From Zootoca vivipara (lineage: Eukaryota), in NCBI RefSeq assembly GCF_963506605.1, contig NC_083284.1, positions 124,001 to 188,000 of the forward strand: a stretch of DNA of 64,000 nt. Direction: 5' to 3'. The notes under the pieces were generated by a model that worked only from the letters and a program-made list of their open reading frames with translations, searched no databases and was not told the DNA's origin. Below are positions 36,239 to 49,827 of this stretch, piece after piece (the stretch's first letter is position 1; every line of letters starts with the position of its first letter). A program made the position numbers and the translations under genes.

Positions 36239-37867
36239 GGCAGCCACTTTGCCCCGCCGGGGGGGGGGCGTCACGGCCTCCTGCCCCGCATAACCTCAAG
36301 CCCTTCCGCAGAAAGCGTTCGATTTGGCTGCCCCCTCCGCCGTGGCGCAAAGCATCTCTCCTGAGGGTGCTGCTGCCTGGGGCTCAGCCTCAGCCACTCC
36401 CCAGAGGGCAGCCGGCGCCTCATGGCTGGTGGAGGCCTGGCCTTTGCCCCCCAGCTGGCAGGTGCCCCATGGCCTGCTCTCCTCCTCCCCTCCCCCCTCT
36501 CTAGGGTCCGTCCCTGGCCACCGAGGGCCTCTCTCTCGGCCGGGAGAAGGGAGAGGGGGGAAGGGGGGCCATCCTGCTCACGGCTGCTGCTTCAGCTTCC
36601 TGAGGGTCGGTCACTTGTGGGGCTGGAAGGCACAGCGCCAGCCCATAGCCTCCCTGGGTGGCGGACCTGCAGGGAGAAGAGAAGAGAGGAGATGAGTGGG
36701 TGGAAACCCATTCCAGTTATATGCCACACTACAACCCTGGCTAAGAAAACAGTGCAAAAGTAAGACAGGGATAATGAAAATAAGAGAGGTGTAGAGCTGC
36801 AAGGGACCCCCAAGGGACATCCAGTCCAACCCCCTGCAATGCAACGCAGGAATCCCTGACTTGTTCTATTAACTGGCCTTAACGCTATGCAGAGCAGATG
36901 GCGAGTCATAAGAAGCAGCCTTGCTCAGATCAAGTGACCCAGGAGCCCAGAAGAGAAGGAGAGCCTGCAACTGGATGAGGCCACCAAAGTGGGGGCCCCT
37001 AATCCAGCACCCGGTTCTCCCCCTGGCCAACCAGAGGCCCTCAAAGGGACGCCCACAAGCAGGACCTGAGCGCAGCAACCTTCTCCCACTCTTGTTCTCC
37101 ACCTTTCTAAGGTAGACTGACGCTATCCATGGAGGCTCCACTTAGGAATCACAAGAACCTAAAGGGAGCTCTGTAGCAGCTGGATCAGGCCACCAAAGGG
37201 GCTGACTATTAAAGGGCAGCTGTGGGGGGGGGGGAATTTGCATCAGAGTAGGGCTGCGGGGGATTAACCCTTTCCTTGCCATTCACTTTTCTTCTGAAAT
37301 AACTCCCCAATCCTGTCACCCACCAATCCCATTCAAGGTCTGGTGAAACAGACATTTGCGGAGGACGAGAGGGCGGTCGAGGGCTACTAGCCAGGACGCC
37401 CCTGCTCTGGCTCCACAGCCAGAATCTGCAACGCTTCTGAATCCCAGTTGCAGGAGGGGAGCGTTGCCTTGTGCTTAGCTCCTGCTGGGGGGGGGTTCCC
37501 ACAGGTCGGCCCCTGTGAGGACAGGATGCTGGACTTGACGGGCCCCTGGCCTGATCCAGCAGGCTCTTCTGATGTTCTTAAAGCCCCTCCCAAATGTGCC
37601 CAGTTTCCTTTCGGAGGCTCCCACAATTCCCTCTGCCACGTGGCTAACCCCTAAAAAACACCCTCTCCTGTCCCTCTGCCACCTCCAGTCTCAGGCAGGA
37701 TCACAAAACACAAAGCGACAAGCTCTGGTCTTTGGTGGGTCTGCTGCTGCCTCTGTTGGAAAGGGGGGGGAGGGGGGAGGGGCCCTTCAGCGTCAACAGG
37801 CCAGGAACGCCAGCCAGGCAGAAGCCACAGCTAAGAATAGCAGCATGGCCTTCATGGGGAGCAGGAA

Positions 37868-37911
37868 GAGGAGGAGGAGGAGGAGGAGGAGGAGGAGGAG
37901 GAGGAGGAGGA
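37868..37911. repeat. (GAG/GGA)n microsatellite
   Basis: Pure trinucleotide run; a second run lies at about 39322-39363. Confidence 0.9.
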
Positions 37912-39315
37912 GAAACCCTCACCACCCGGCCAGGAGGACCCTCCTTCCTTCCCTCCCAGCCATCCCACCGCCTGTGTCGGCCTCCAAGAGGCACATCAGG
38001 GAAGGGACACCCCCAAAGAGCCTCTGCTGTGCCTCCTTAAACCGACCAGGGGCTCCATCTCCCAGCCTAGAGGCGGGAGGAGGCCACAGCCCGCTGCCGG
38101 AGGACCCTCCAGCCTCTCTTTGCCACAGAGAGCGTTTCCTGGCTGGCGCCCCTTTCGCCCCGCAACTCAGTTTCCCAGCTCACCCCCAAGTGGCTGTGCC
38201 AGGGGGAGGCACCTTGGGGAATTGGGGGGGGGGGAGAAAGCAAAAGGTAGGTAGCAAGCCTGTGGACATTTCACCTTGTTGTCATTATTATGAATGGCTC
38301 TTGATTTTCTTGCCCGCCCACCACCGTAGGGTCCCAGGATATAGAATGACAGAAGGGTCATCCAGACTAGGTCCCCCCCCCCCAAATGCAGGAATCACAA
38401 CTGATTCCATGATTCTGACACATGGCCATCCGACCTCTGCTTAAAAACTGACAACAAAGGAAAGGAAGGTTACAGCCATTTAAAAACGTAGTATTAAAGG
38501 CAGTTTAATAGGAATGACTGTGGGATCTATCGATCTTCAACAGAAAGCCAGGGGTTAGTGCTGGACTAGGACCTGGGAGAGACTAGGGTTCAAATCCCTC
38601 CTCGGCCAGGAAGGTCAGTCAATGCTCCCCTCAACCCAGCCTACCTCACAGGGTTGTTGTGGAGATTAAATGAGGAGGAAGGGAGAACCATACACCGGCC
38701 CTCCTGAGCTCCTTGTAGAGAAAGGTGGGATGGAAATTCAATAAAGAAATAAAACCCCAGGTGTCATCGAGGGCATACAATGGCAACTCTCCCCCAGGAC
38801 TGTTAGGTGCCATGAGAACAGAATGGTGGACTCGATGGGTCACTGGCCTCATCCAGCAGAGCTCTAAGAAGGCCTAAAGAAGGTGCCAGAAGCCCCCTCT
38901 GTAAGGTGGGAACTCCCAGACAACCAAGGGAGAGCCCTTTAGTTGGGGGGAGCCCCCTGTGCCGCAACACTCTTCCCTCCTGCAGCTGACTTGGCAGGGG
39001 GGGTCAGGGACCCACCAGAAAGGAGCGAGAATGAAGGGCAGAGGCCTCAGGGTTGCACAGGAGGGGCGTCCCAGGCAGGCTCTGCAGCCCCCCCCCCCCG
39101 CCAATGCCTCCTGGCAAGAGGGCCAGGCCAGAAGAGACCCCTTTCTGCCCAGCTGCAGTGCCTCCCCCCCCCACTGTGCCATCATAGCTTCTCCCCAGCA
39201 GGAAGGGAGTTGCCAGCTCAGCACAGCCGCCCAGACTTTCTCCCGCACTGCTAACAAGCAAAGTTTCCAACTGCTGAGCGAGCGAATCACTGGCCTTCCT
39301 CAGAGCACCCCAGGA

Positions 39316-39346
<31 letters not shown>

Positions 39347-40589
39347 GAGGAGGAGGAGGAGGAAGCCTGCTTGCCTGCCTGCCCCCCCCCCCATTTTGCT
39401 GCAGCAGAATTGAGGATTCTGGACCACTTGCTACCCAGGCAGACACCTGGGCAATTTCCTTCCTGTTCCTGGAGCTGTGCCCAGACCCAGACCTGACTGG
39501 AAGGGTGTCTCATTAGTATTGGCAACGCCGGGTGAGGAGAGTGGCAGTGGTGGGGGGGGCGGCAAACACCTATGGGTGGTTTACTTCACACCCAATGCCC
39601 TGCCGGCTGCCCATGATCACAAGCAGGACCCTTCCCTGAGAGCAGATGTGGGGGGGGGGAACTGTTGGATGACCATCTGCCATGGATGCCTTCGTGAAGA
39701 TTCCTGCATTGCAGGGGGTTGGGCTGGATGACCCTCAGGGTCCCTTCCAAGACGACCAGGCTATGATTCTATGAATGTTCTGCAGAATGAGACAACCAGC
39801 CTGGAGCAGGTAGCTGGGGGCTGCAGGCCAAGAGGCAATAGGCAGAATACAGAGATCCAACAGACACAGTGAACAGGCTCTCCCACCACTGCAAAGGCCG
39901 GACGCCTCTGAATGTCAGTTGCAGGAGATCATCCCAAGTGTGGAGAGGGTATCGGCAGCTGCTACACTGACTGTGAGCATCTGGCTGGCCAATGTGGGAG
40001 CAGGAAGCTGGCTGGAATGGGCCACCTCTTGCCTGATCCAGCTAAAGAGCTCTCAGAATATTAGAACTGCAGAGCTGGAAGGAATCAACCCCAAAGGTCA
40101 TCTAGTCCAACCCCCTGCAATGCAGGAATCTCAACTAAAGTATCCAAGACAGGCTTAAGAACCTCCAAGGAAGGAGCTGAGAACCCTTCCACTGGGTCTT
40201 ACCCTCTGGAGGAGCACAAAGCAAGCTTGCTCCTTCTTCCAGGTAACAGCCTTTCAGGTATTTGAAGGTGGCTGCCTTATCTCCTCTTTTGCAGGCGAAA
40301 CATCCCCAGCGCCTTCAACCATTCCTCATCCGGCTTTGTTTCCCGAGGCTTCACCTTCTTGGTCACCCTCCTCTGAAGGGCAAGAGGCAAAAAGCACCCC
40401 CCCTCCCCCCTTCTATATAGCCCACAAGCCTGGAAACGGAGATCCCAGAAATAATGGGTGCCCAGTGGGGCAGGTGGGAGCCGGGCTTCTACCTATGAGC
40501 CCAGCGAAGGCAGGGAGGGGGCTCTGCCACTCCCCCACAGGGAGCAAAGGCACTCAGGGAAAGTGAGACAGGGGCCACAAAGGGAGACT

Positions 40590-40711
40590 CCAGGGGGCCA
40601 TGGAGGCCAGAAGAACAGGAGAGGGGCAGGTTGAAGCTGTGGGACGCTATCCAGGGGGCCATGGAGGCCAGAAGAACAGGAGAGGGGCAGGTTGAAGCTG
40701 TGGGACGCTAT
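40590..40711. repeat. Perfect 61-bp tandem duplication
   Basis: 40590-40650 is identical to 40651-40711. Confidence 0.9.
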
Positions 40712-41549
40712 CCAAGGAGAGCTTCCAAGGAGACGAAGCAGTGGGCTTCCAGTAAAGGCCAGCCGGATGGGCTGGGTGCTCCATTGTGAGGGTGCCCATC
40801 CTTGGGGAGAAAGAAGCCCCTCTTGCAGGAAAAGAGATTCCAACGAAACCTTGGGAAGAACTTTCTGCCAGTACAAACGGAAAATACTCTTTCAGAAGGT
40901 GGGGGGGGGCTCTCCTTCCTTGGAGGCTTCTAAGCAGGCGTTTGGGGGTCACATCAAGGGGGTTGGACTAGATGACCCTTGCGGCCCCCTCCAACTCTAC
41001 GATTCTAAGTCAAGCCAGTGCCAAGAGAGAGCACCAGCCCGGCCATGCCTCAGGCTCTCACCTGGCCCTCAGGATCACACACAGAAGCAGAGATGCGGCT
41101 CAGAGTCCAGAGGGCGGGGGGGGGGGGAGAGAGCCAGGGTCCCAGCTGCAAAGAAGAAAGGAGTGGCAAGCCCAGAAGAAGGGGTCCCTGGCTTCCCCAC
41201 ATCCAATATCCCCTGAAGGGCAACGAAATAGCAGCACTTTCGTGGCAGGTGCCTTTCTCAGGGCAGCATGAAGCCTGGGGGGCTGGAGCCTGCGCCCCCA
41301 AAGCACCCCCCACAATGAAGGTGGTCTTTAAGCCCCTGCATTGTTCCCTGCTCCCTTGGCCCGCTGGCAAGGGACGGGGGGGGAGGCGGGGGTCAGACAT
41401 GTATTACGGTAGGGCCTCCCTCCAATAATCCCCAGAACCCCCCTTAAAACCCAGGCGGAGCCAGCCCCCGGACCTCAGGACTTTTGCCCGCAGCCTAAAC
41501 TTTAAGACACCGGATAAAACCATCCTCACCGCCAGCCCCCCCCCCCTCC

Positions 41550-42700
41550 CGCCAAGGGAGTTGCGGACGTGAAAGCGGCGCGTCTCAGAAGTTCCCCGGA
41601 ACACCGCAGGCGCCTCGGAGAAAACTTTTCACCCCACGACAGATCACCCTTTGCGCCTTACTGTCTCTTTCAGATGGTTTTTTTGGGGGGTTGGGGCAAA
41701 ATAACCCTCCCACAGGCGCCACAGACTAGCCCCCACCCGCTTACAAGGGCTCCCCAAAGGCTTCCACCGCCCCCCGTTCCGCTTGCGCGCCCAGCCGCGC
41801 CGCGATCCAGAAAGGCGTTCGTTCGCAGCATCCGCCCGGCCGAGGTAGCAGCCCCTGCTTCGTAGCGGGGTGTGTGTGTGTGAGGGTGTGGAGTAACCAA
41901 GCCAAGCCGAGGCTTGGTCCACCTAGCTCAGCCTTCTCGACACGGGCTGGCAGCAGCGGCTCTCTTCCGGGGAAGCCAGGCCGGCGAAGCCATTCGCGGG
42001 CGAGCCTTCTGCATGCCAAGCAGCTGCTCTGGCGCGGAAGAGGGGCTGCCGACCTTCCCGCAGAGCTGCCTCCCCCCCCCACCCATGGCAGCCATAAAAA
42101 AGACCTCTGCCAATCTGCGCGCCCTGCCATCCCGAGCCGAAGGCGACGGCTGCTCAGGATGCCCTCCGTCCCCGCTGCGCGCTCCTTGCCTGCCTGCTCG
42201 CTCGCTCGCTCGCCCACCAGCCCGGCGCCGGCGAGAGGGTCCTACGCCGCCGAAGCGCTCGGCCGAGAGAGGCGGAGCCGGGGCGGGCGGGCGGGCGGCG
42301 TCGCGCCTTCCCGGGAGAGCGACCGGCGCTCCGCCGCCGCCGCCGCCTCCCTGGGCGGGGCTTCGCCTCGGCGGGCGGCCCGGCCACGTGCGCGACCCCG
42401 AGCGGAGCCCCAGCAGCTGCACGTCGCGCGCGGGGATCCTCCTCTCTCTGCCTCCCGGCTTGGCCCTGGCTTGGGAGCCGCGCGAAGAAGACGCCTCCGA
42501 GCATGTGCAGAGGGCGTGGCGGCCCCTCTCCTCTGGGCTTAGCCGGTGGGGCTTCCTGGCAGGATTGGCCCTCTTAGGGGGGGCTGGGATTTGCTGCAGC
42601 TCCTGGGCCCTGAGGCTCACGGGCCTGAGCCGACTAAGCCCCGCTGCCCCTCGGGGCTGCCCCGATCCTAAGGTCCGGGGGCTTTTTTGTAAGGCCCTTT
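41550..42700. promoter_or_regulatory. CpG island, probable promoter / non-coding first exon of the INSYN2-like gene
   Basis: Dense CpG with no recognisable protein, about 5 kb upstream (minus-strand sense) of the acceptor at 36667. Candidate minus-strand donor ACAG|GTAAGG at about 41661. Confidence 0.55.
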
Positions 42701-43374
42701 TCCAGTCGAGGTCACTGTGTGGCCTGGGCGATCTCTAAACTGCTTAGATGATTCAGGGGCATAGAAATTTGGTTCAAATAAAACAGACTCCTTTGTGAGC
42801 CAGAAGTAGAAATGTATCCAGGGAAAGCCCCCTTCCCCCCTCCCCTAGCCAAGACATGGGTGGCCACTTGTCAGGGATCCCTGCATTGCAGGGGGTGGGA
42901 CTAGATGATCCTTGGAGTTCTCTTCCAACTCTACAATTCTAAGATTCTGTGAAACTGAGACACTCATCATTCTGAAGGTCAACGGAGCTGCTGGAAACGG
43001 CCACAGGGACGTTGGAGCAAAGGACATTGGGGTTGTTCGAGGCACAATTTGTGTAAATGAAAACAACAGTTCTGCTCTGATGGGAATAGAAATTTAACAT
43101 TCATCAGCCGCTTGGGCCGAGAGCACTGCTTTTGGACCCAAACTGTGCAGACTCCGACCTGCAGGGCAAACCGCCACCCTCCAAGGTGTGGCTGGTGGCC
43201 CTTCAGGGGCTCCTGATTTCAGGTGGCAAGGAAGGCAAAGTGGCTCCTTAAGTCAGGCCTGTGGACAAGGACTCTTTCCTCCTTAGGTGCAAAGAGGGAA
43301 GGGTGCAAAAACTGCCCAGCAAGATATTCAGTGTTCTGGGAAGGACTCTGGGCAGAAACAGGCCTGTTCTTTTA

Positions 43375-43682
43375 GGGACGCGGGTGGCGCTGTGGGTTAA
43401 ACCACAGAGCCTAGGAGGGCTTGCCGATCAGAAGGTCGGCGGTACGAATCCCCGCAACAGGGTGGGCTCCCATTGCTCGGTCCCAGCTCCTGCCAACCTA
43501 GCATTTTGAAAGCACGAAGTGCAAGTAGATAAATAGGTACCAGAAGCGGCTTAGTCATGCTGGCCACATGACCCAGAAGTTCTACGCCGGCTCCCTCTGC
43601 CAGTAAAGAGAGATGAGCGCCGCAACCCCAGAGTTGTCCGCGACTGGACCTAATGGTCAGGGGTCCCTTTACTTTTACCTTT
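43375..43682 (+). mobile_element. Sauria SINE
   Basis: GGGACGCGGGTGGCGCTGTGGG head and ACCTTT-type tail. Confidence 0.85.
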
Positions 43683-43744
43683 TATACCATTTATATGCCC
43701 AAATGGCTTCTAAGCAAATTTACAAATGTGAAATCAGTCCGTAA

Positions 43745-44100
43745 TTGAATTCTGGTGCTGGAGGAGACTCTTGAGAGTCCCATGGACTGCAAGAAGATCA
43801 AACCTATCCATTCTGAAGGAAATCAGCCCTGAGTGCTCACTGAAGCTGAGGCTCCAATACTTTGGCCACCTCATGAGAAGAGAAAACTCCCTGGAAAAGA
43901 CCCTGATGTTGGGAAAGATGGAGGGCACAAGGAGAAGGGGACGACAGAGGACGAGATGGTTGGACAGTGTTCTCGAAGCTACCGTACCAACATGAGTCTG
44001 ACCAAACTGCGGGAGGCAGTGGAAGACAGGATTGCCTGGCGTGCTCTGGTTCATAGGGTCACGAAGAGTCGGACACGACTAAAAGACTAAACAACATCAA
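43745..44100 (+). mobile_element. RTE-BovB LINE 3' fragment
   Basis: LRVPWTARRSNLSIL...LQYFGHLMRR...LEKTLMLGK...RGRQRTRWLD and AAGAGTCGGACACGACT 3' end. Another 3' end lies on the minus strand at about 55150-55250. Confidence 0.85.
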
Positions 44101-44630
44101 AACATTCTTAATTAAAATATACAATAAAACAAGCCGTTAAGAAGCAAAACCATTTAAACAGGTAAAAACAACAATGCCTCTCCTATCTCAACGGGAGGGC
44201 ATTCCGCAACACTGGGGCCACCCATGAAAAAGGCCACCTCTGTGGTACCACAAGCAGATAATCATCAGGCCATGTCCAGACTAACTGGGTACCATTATTT
44301 TATTTTTATTTATTATATTTATATGCTGTCCTTCATCCTAGAACCATGATGATTTACAATATAAAAACACAAAAATGCAGAACATAGTAACAAACAAAAA
44401 CAATACCCCCTATGGATAGTTTAGTTAGCCCAAGCCCTGGGAGGAGAGGAATGTGTTTGCCTGGTGCCGAAAGAGATGTAATGAGGGCGCCAAATGAGTC
44501 TCCCAGCGGAGAGCATCCCACCAATGGGAAGCCGCCACAGAAAAGGCCTGTCCTTGTGTTCCAGACCTCTTGTGGAGGAGACCCACGAAGAAGGGCCTCT
44601 GATGATGATCTCAGGGTTTGGGCCAGTTCA

Positions 44631-44691
<61 letters not shown>

Positions 44692-45814
44692 TTATTATTT
44701 ATACCCCGCCCATCTGGCCGGGTTCCCCCAGCCACTCTGGGCGGCTTCCAACAAAACAGAAATTCTAAAATACAGAAATCCATCACACATTAAAAGCTTC
44801 CCTAAACAGGGCTGCCTTGAGATGCCTTCTAAAGGTCTGGTAATTGTTGTTCTCTTTGACCTCTAGTGGGAGGGCATTCCACAGGGTGGGTGCCACTACC
44901 GAGAAGGCCCTCTGCCTTCTCGGTAGTGATGGTGTTGCCCTTGCCAGGCAGAAGAGTCCTGGTGAAGGATCCATCCCTGGCCAAACTGGCTGACTGACAC
45001 AAGTACAGGTCTGGCATGCCACGGAAGTTCTGGCCAGAACAAATGTTTACCAAAACTCCTGGGGTCTGACAGAGTGAAATGTCACAGACCAGCCCTCCTC
45101 TTCCTGAGTTGCTTGGCCAGACAAGCCCAGGTGCCTCGTGAGCTGATTTTGGGGTGTCTGTCTGTGCCACTTCCATCCCAGTTCCCCGTCAAGCAATGTG
45201 TGCACAGAGTGTCACCTCTCATTCTGAGAACAGGGACATGATGCTGGTGTACAGCTTGGAGGGGAACGTTTTGTTCACAAAGCAAAGGCGCTGACAGAGG
45301 CTATTAAGAAAGCGAAGCTACCAACATTTCCTTGCACTGGGAAGTAAAGAGCAAACTCTGTGCTCTGCGGTGGAAATGAAGAAGCCTTTCCTCCTGCTTC
45401 ACAAAGACTCTTGCACAGAGCAAAAGATGGACAGCGGGGACACCAAGAGCCCAGCTTGCCCACCCCATTCCTCCTTTTCATCCATGGGTCACATAATTTG
45501 ATGCAGGTAGCTGCATGACTGCTGCCAGCCAAATCACCCCAGGAACTGGAGAAAGATCCACTGGTCCCTGAAAACAGCACCAGAGCACTGACTGGTCCTT
45601 TTGGGCTTGGTCTCCCAATCATGTAAGCTCCAATACAGAAATGTGTACCCAGTTTTCTTCTAGAGGCGTGGTGTGTTCTCTGTCATTCAACCTGCACAAT
45701 CAAATGAGTAAAAAGGTTCCATTCCCATCCCGTTGCACATTGTTTTCCTCCTAAACTGCTGACATCAGCCATGAGAGTCACTTCTGTCGTTTTAAAATAC
45801 TATGTCAGCAAACC

Positions 45815-48222
45815 TAGAATCATAGAGTTGGAAGAGACCCCAAGGGCCATCCAGTCCAACCCCCTGCCAAGCAGGAAACACCATCAAAGCATTCCTGACA
45901 GATGGCAGCAAGTTTCACTGTCGAACAGCTCTTACTGTCAGGAAGTTCTTCGTAATGTTTAGGTGGACTCTTCTTTCTTGTAGCTTGAATCCATTGTTCC
46001 GTGTCCACTTCTCTGGAGCAGCAGAAAACAACCTTTCACCCTCTTCTATACAACATCCTTTTATATATTTGAACATGGCTATCATATCACCCCTTAACCT
46101 TCTCTTCTCCAGGCTAAACATACCCAGCTCCCTAAGCCGTTCCTCATAAGGCATTGTTTCCAGGCCTTTGACCATTTTGGTTGCCCTCTTCTGGACACGT
46201 TCCAGCTTGTCAATAGCCTTCTTGAACTGTGGTGCCCAGAACTGGACACAGTACTCCAGGTGAGGTCTGACCAGAGCAGAATACAGTGGTACTATTACTT
46301 CCCTAGATCTAGATGCTATTGATGCAGCCCAGAATTGCATTGGCTTTTTTAGCTGCTGCATCACACTGTTGACTCATGTCAAGTTTGTGGTCTACCAAGA
46401 CTCCGAGATCCTTTTCACATGTACTGCTCTCAAGCCAGGTGTCTCCCATCCTGTATTTGTGCCTTTCATTTTTTTTGTCCAAGTGTAGTACTTTACATTT
46501 CTCCCTGTTAAAATTCATCTTGTTTGCTTTGGCCCAGTTGTCTAATCTGTTAAGGTCATTTTGAAGTGTGATCCTTTCCTCTGGGGTATTAGCCACCCCT
46601 CCCAATTTGGTGTCATCTGCAAACTTGCTCAGGATGCCCTCAAGCCCATCATCCAAGTTCTTGATAAAGATGTTGAATAAGACTGGGCCCAAGACAGAAC
46701 CCTGTGGCACCCCATTAATCACTTCTCTCCATGATGAAGAGGAGCCATTGATGAGCACCCTTTGGGGTCGGTCAGTCAGCCAGTTACAAATCCACTGAAT
46801 GGTAGCATTGTCTAGCCCACATTTTACTAGCTTCTTTACAAGAATATCATGGGGCACCTTGTCAAAGGCCTTGCTGAAATCAAGATATGCTACATCCACA
46901 GCGTTCCCTTCATCTACCAGGCTTGTAATTCTGTCAAAAAATGAGATCAGATTAGTCTGACATGACTTATTTTTCAGAAACCCATGCTGACTTTTAGTGA
47001 TCACAGAGTTTCTTTCTAGGTGCTCACAGACCGTTTGCTTAATGATCTGCTCTAGAATCTTTCCTGGTATTGATGTCAGGCTGACTGGGCGGTAATTGTT
47101 TGGGTCCTCTCTTTCCCCCTTTTTGAAAATAGGGACAACATTTGCCCTCCTCCAGTATGCTGGGACTTCGCCTGTTCTCCAGGAATTTTCAAAGATTATT
47201 GCCAGTGGTTCTGAAATCACCTCTGCCAGTTCTTTTAATACCCTTTGATGTAGTTCATCTGGCCCTGGAGACTTGAATACATCTAAACTAGCCAAGTATT
47301 CTTGTACTACCTCCTTACTTATTCTGGGCTGTGTTTCCCCTGCTGAATCATCTGCTCCATATTCTTCAGGTCGGGCATTGTTTTCTTTTTTGGAGAAGAC
47401 TGAGGCAAAGAAGGCATTGAGGAGTTCTGCCCTTTCTCTGTCCCCTGTTTGCATTTCACCATCTTCTCCTCTAAGTGACCCCACTGTTTCCTTGTTCTTC
47501 CTTTTGCTTCGGACATACCCATAAAAGCCCTTTTTGTTGCTTTTAACCTCTCTGGCAAGCCTGAGTTCATTCTGTGCTTTAGCTTTTCTGACTTTGACTC
47601 TACACGTGCTGGCTATATGTTTGAATTCCTCTCTGGTGATTTCCCCCCTTTTCCATTTTTTGTACATATCCCTTTTAAATCTTAACTCAGTTAAAAGTTA
47701 TTTAGATAGCCACGCTGGCTTCTTTAGGCACCTTCCATGTTTCCGTCTCATTGGTATTGCCTGAAGTTGTGCTTTTAATATCTCCCTTTTAACAAACTCC
47801 CAACCATCATGAACTCCCTTCCCTTTTAGTATTACTGTCCATGGGATCTCACCCAGCGTTTCCCTAAGTTTTCTGAAGTCAGCTTTCTTAAAGTCTAGAA
47901 TTTGAGTCTTAGTATGCTTGGTTGCTCCTTTCCGCTGAATAATAAACTCCAGAAGAGCATGGTCACTCCCACCTAATGATCCTGCCACTTCTACCCCACT
48001 AACCAGGTCATCACTATTGGTTAGGACCAGATCTAAAATGGCTGATCCTCTTGTTGCTTCTCCCACTTTCTGGGCAATGAAATTGTCTGCAAGGCCAGTG
48101 AGGAATCTGTTCAACCTTATGCTCTTGGCTGAGTTTGACATCCAACAAATATCAGGATAGTTGAAACCCCCTATTACTACCATCTCACCTCCTTTTGAAT
48201 GCCTGTTCATCTGTTCCAGGAA
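45815..48222 (-). mobile_element. CR1 LINE, about 2.4 kb, 5'-truncated, ORF2 disrupted
   Basis: Endonuclease C-terminal part (FNYPDICW, ILDLVLT, SDH), RT ORF 46309-47667 (NYRPVSLTS, QHGF, YLDFSKAFD, GVPQGS, FADD), stop at 47698, frameshift near 46310, CR1 tail. Confidence 0.93.
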
Positions 48223-48703
48223 GTATGCATTTAAAAACTATGGATCCTAAAGGCACCACAGTCTCTGCTGTTCCTCATTCCAAGGAAACCAAACCCCCTA
48301 GGTAAGCGCCTGGAACCCCTCGAATCTCTCACCACTCGGAGATTGGGGTGGCGTGCAACAATCTTCACTGGTGACGGTTCAGGTGGTTACCTAAATCAGC
48401 TTTGACTTTGCTGTGGGCTCTGCAGGTGGAGGCAGAGAGAAGGATGAGGAACTCAGGGGCGACTTGATGGAAGTTGACGGATCTCCTGATAGCTAATCCA
48501 GTCCCACGCCTTCCAAGAAGGTTGCCTTGCCTTGCCTCACCCTAGAAGGTCAGTCACCCTGCCTGCCTGCCTGCCCTCTTCGTCTTCAGCAGGCAGGCAG
48601 CTGGGCTCACCCTGCCCATCCCTGGGTCCACCCGCCCTGGCCTGCTGAATCATCTGCTCCATATTCTTCAGGTCGGGCATTGTTTTCTTTTTTGGAGAAG
48701 ACT

Positions 48704-49675
48704 CCAAAAAAAGCTATTACAAAGCGATTGTTCTACCAACCTTACTATATGCTTGTGAAACATGGACCACTTATAAACGCCATCTCCAACTCCTCGAAAG
48801 ATTCCATCAACGGTGTCTCCAAATATTTTTACACATCACTTGGGAAGAGAGGTGAACTAATATCAGTGTACTGGAAGAAGCAAAGATCACCAGTGGAGGA
48901 GGGAGAAAGGTTGTTTTCTGCTGCTCCAGAGAAGCGGACACGGAGCAATGGATTCAAACTTCAAGAAAGAAGATTCCACCTAAACATTAGGAAGAACTTC
49001 CTGACAGTAAGAGCTGTTCGGCAGTGGGATTTGCTACCAAGGAGTGTGGTGGAGTCTCCTTCTTTGGAGGTCTTTAAGCAGAGGCTTGACAGGCATATGT
49101 CAAGAATGCTTTGATGGTGTTTCCTGCTTGGCAGGGGGCTGGACTGGATGGCCCTTGGGGTCTCTTCCAACTCTAGGATTCTATGATTCAGTGTGGAAGC
49201 AATGATTCTTCAACATCAACTTCATTGGACTGGTCATGTTGTGCAGATGCCTGATTATTGTCTTCCAAATCAACTACTCTACTCCGAACTTAAAAATGGA
49301 AAGCATAATGCTGGCGGTCAACAAAAGAGAGTTAAAGACTGTCTCAAGGCAAATCTTTTTTAAAATGTAGAATAAACACTGACAACTGGGGAACACCTGC
49401 AGGCGTTCCATTTGGAGAACAGCCTTTACCAAAGGTGTCATGGCTTTGAAGACACTCGAACTCAGGACGCAAGAGAGAAATGTGCTAAGAGGAAGGCACA
49501 CATGGCAAATCCACACCGTGATCAACTCCCGCCCGGAAACCAAGGTCCCCACTGTGGAAGGACGTGTGGATCCAGAATTGGCCTCCACAGTCCCTTACGG
49601 ACTCTTTTTTAAAAACTGTGTTTATGGAAGACAATCTTGCTCGGCCACGAATGATCACCAAAGAAGAAGATTATT
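48704..49675 (+). mobile_element. RTE-clade LINE 3' relic interrupted by a CR1 3' fragment (about 48896-49188)
   Basis: Reading LPTLLYACETWTTYKRHLQLLERFHQRCL...EEAKITS|VEAMILQHQLHWTGHV is split by the CR1 insert, which is flanked by CAGTG. C-terminal CGSRIGLHS zinc-finger-like end. Confidence 0.75.
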
Positions 49676-49778
49676 GATAGAGTTGCGAACTTGGTAGATG
49701 CTGTGCAAGTGGTGTCTCTTGATTTCAGTAAGGCTTTTGACTAAGTCCCCCATGATATTCTTGCAGAGAAGCTGATAA

Positions 49779-49827
<49 letters not shown>

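Noticed and set aside
37572-39525. ORFs with poly-Arg, poly-Gly, poly-Ser or poly-Pro runs
   Set aside because: Translations of (GGA)n microsatellites; the poly-Ile/Asn/Leu ORFs elsewhere come from (AAT)n LINE tails.
41741-42738. Multiple 150-270 aa ORFs in the CpG island
   Set aside because: Present in most frames on both strands with no recognisable domain; typical CpG-island artefact.
46309-47667. 452-aa and 266-aa (20588-21388) reverse-transcriptase ORFs as domesticated genes
   Set aside because: Truncated CR1 and L2 copies with adjacent stops or frameshifts and normal LINE tails.
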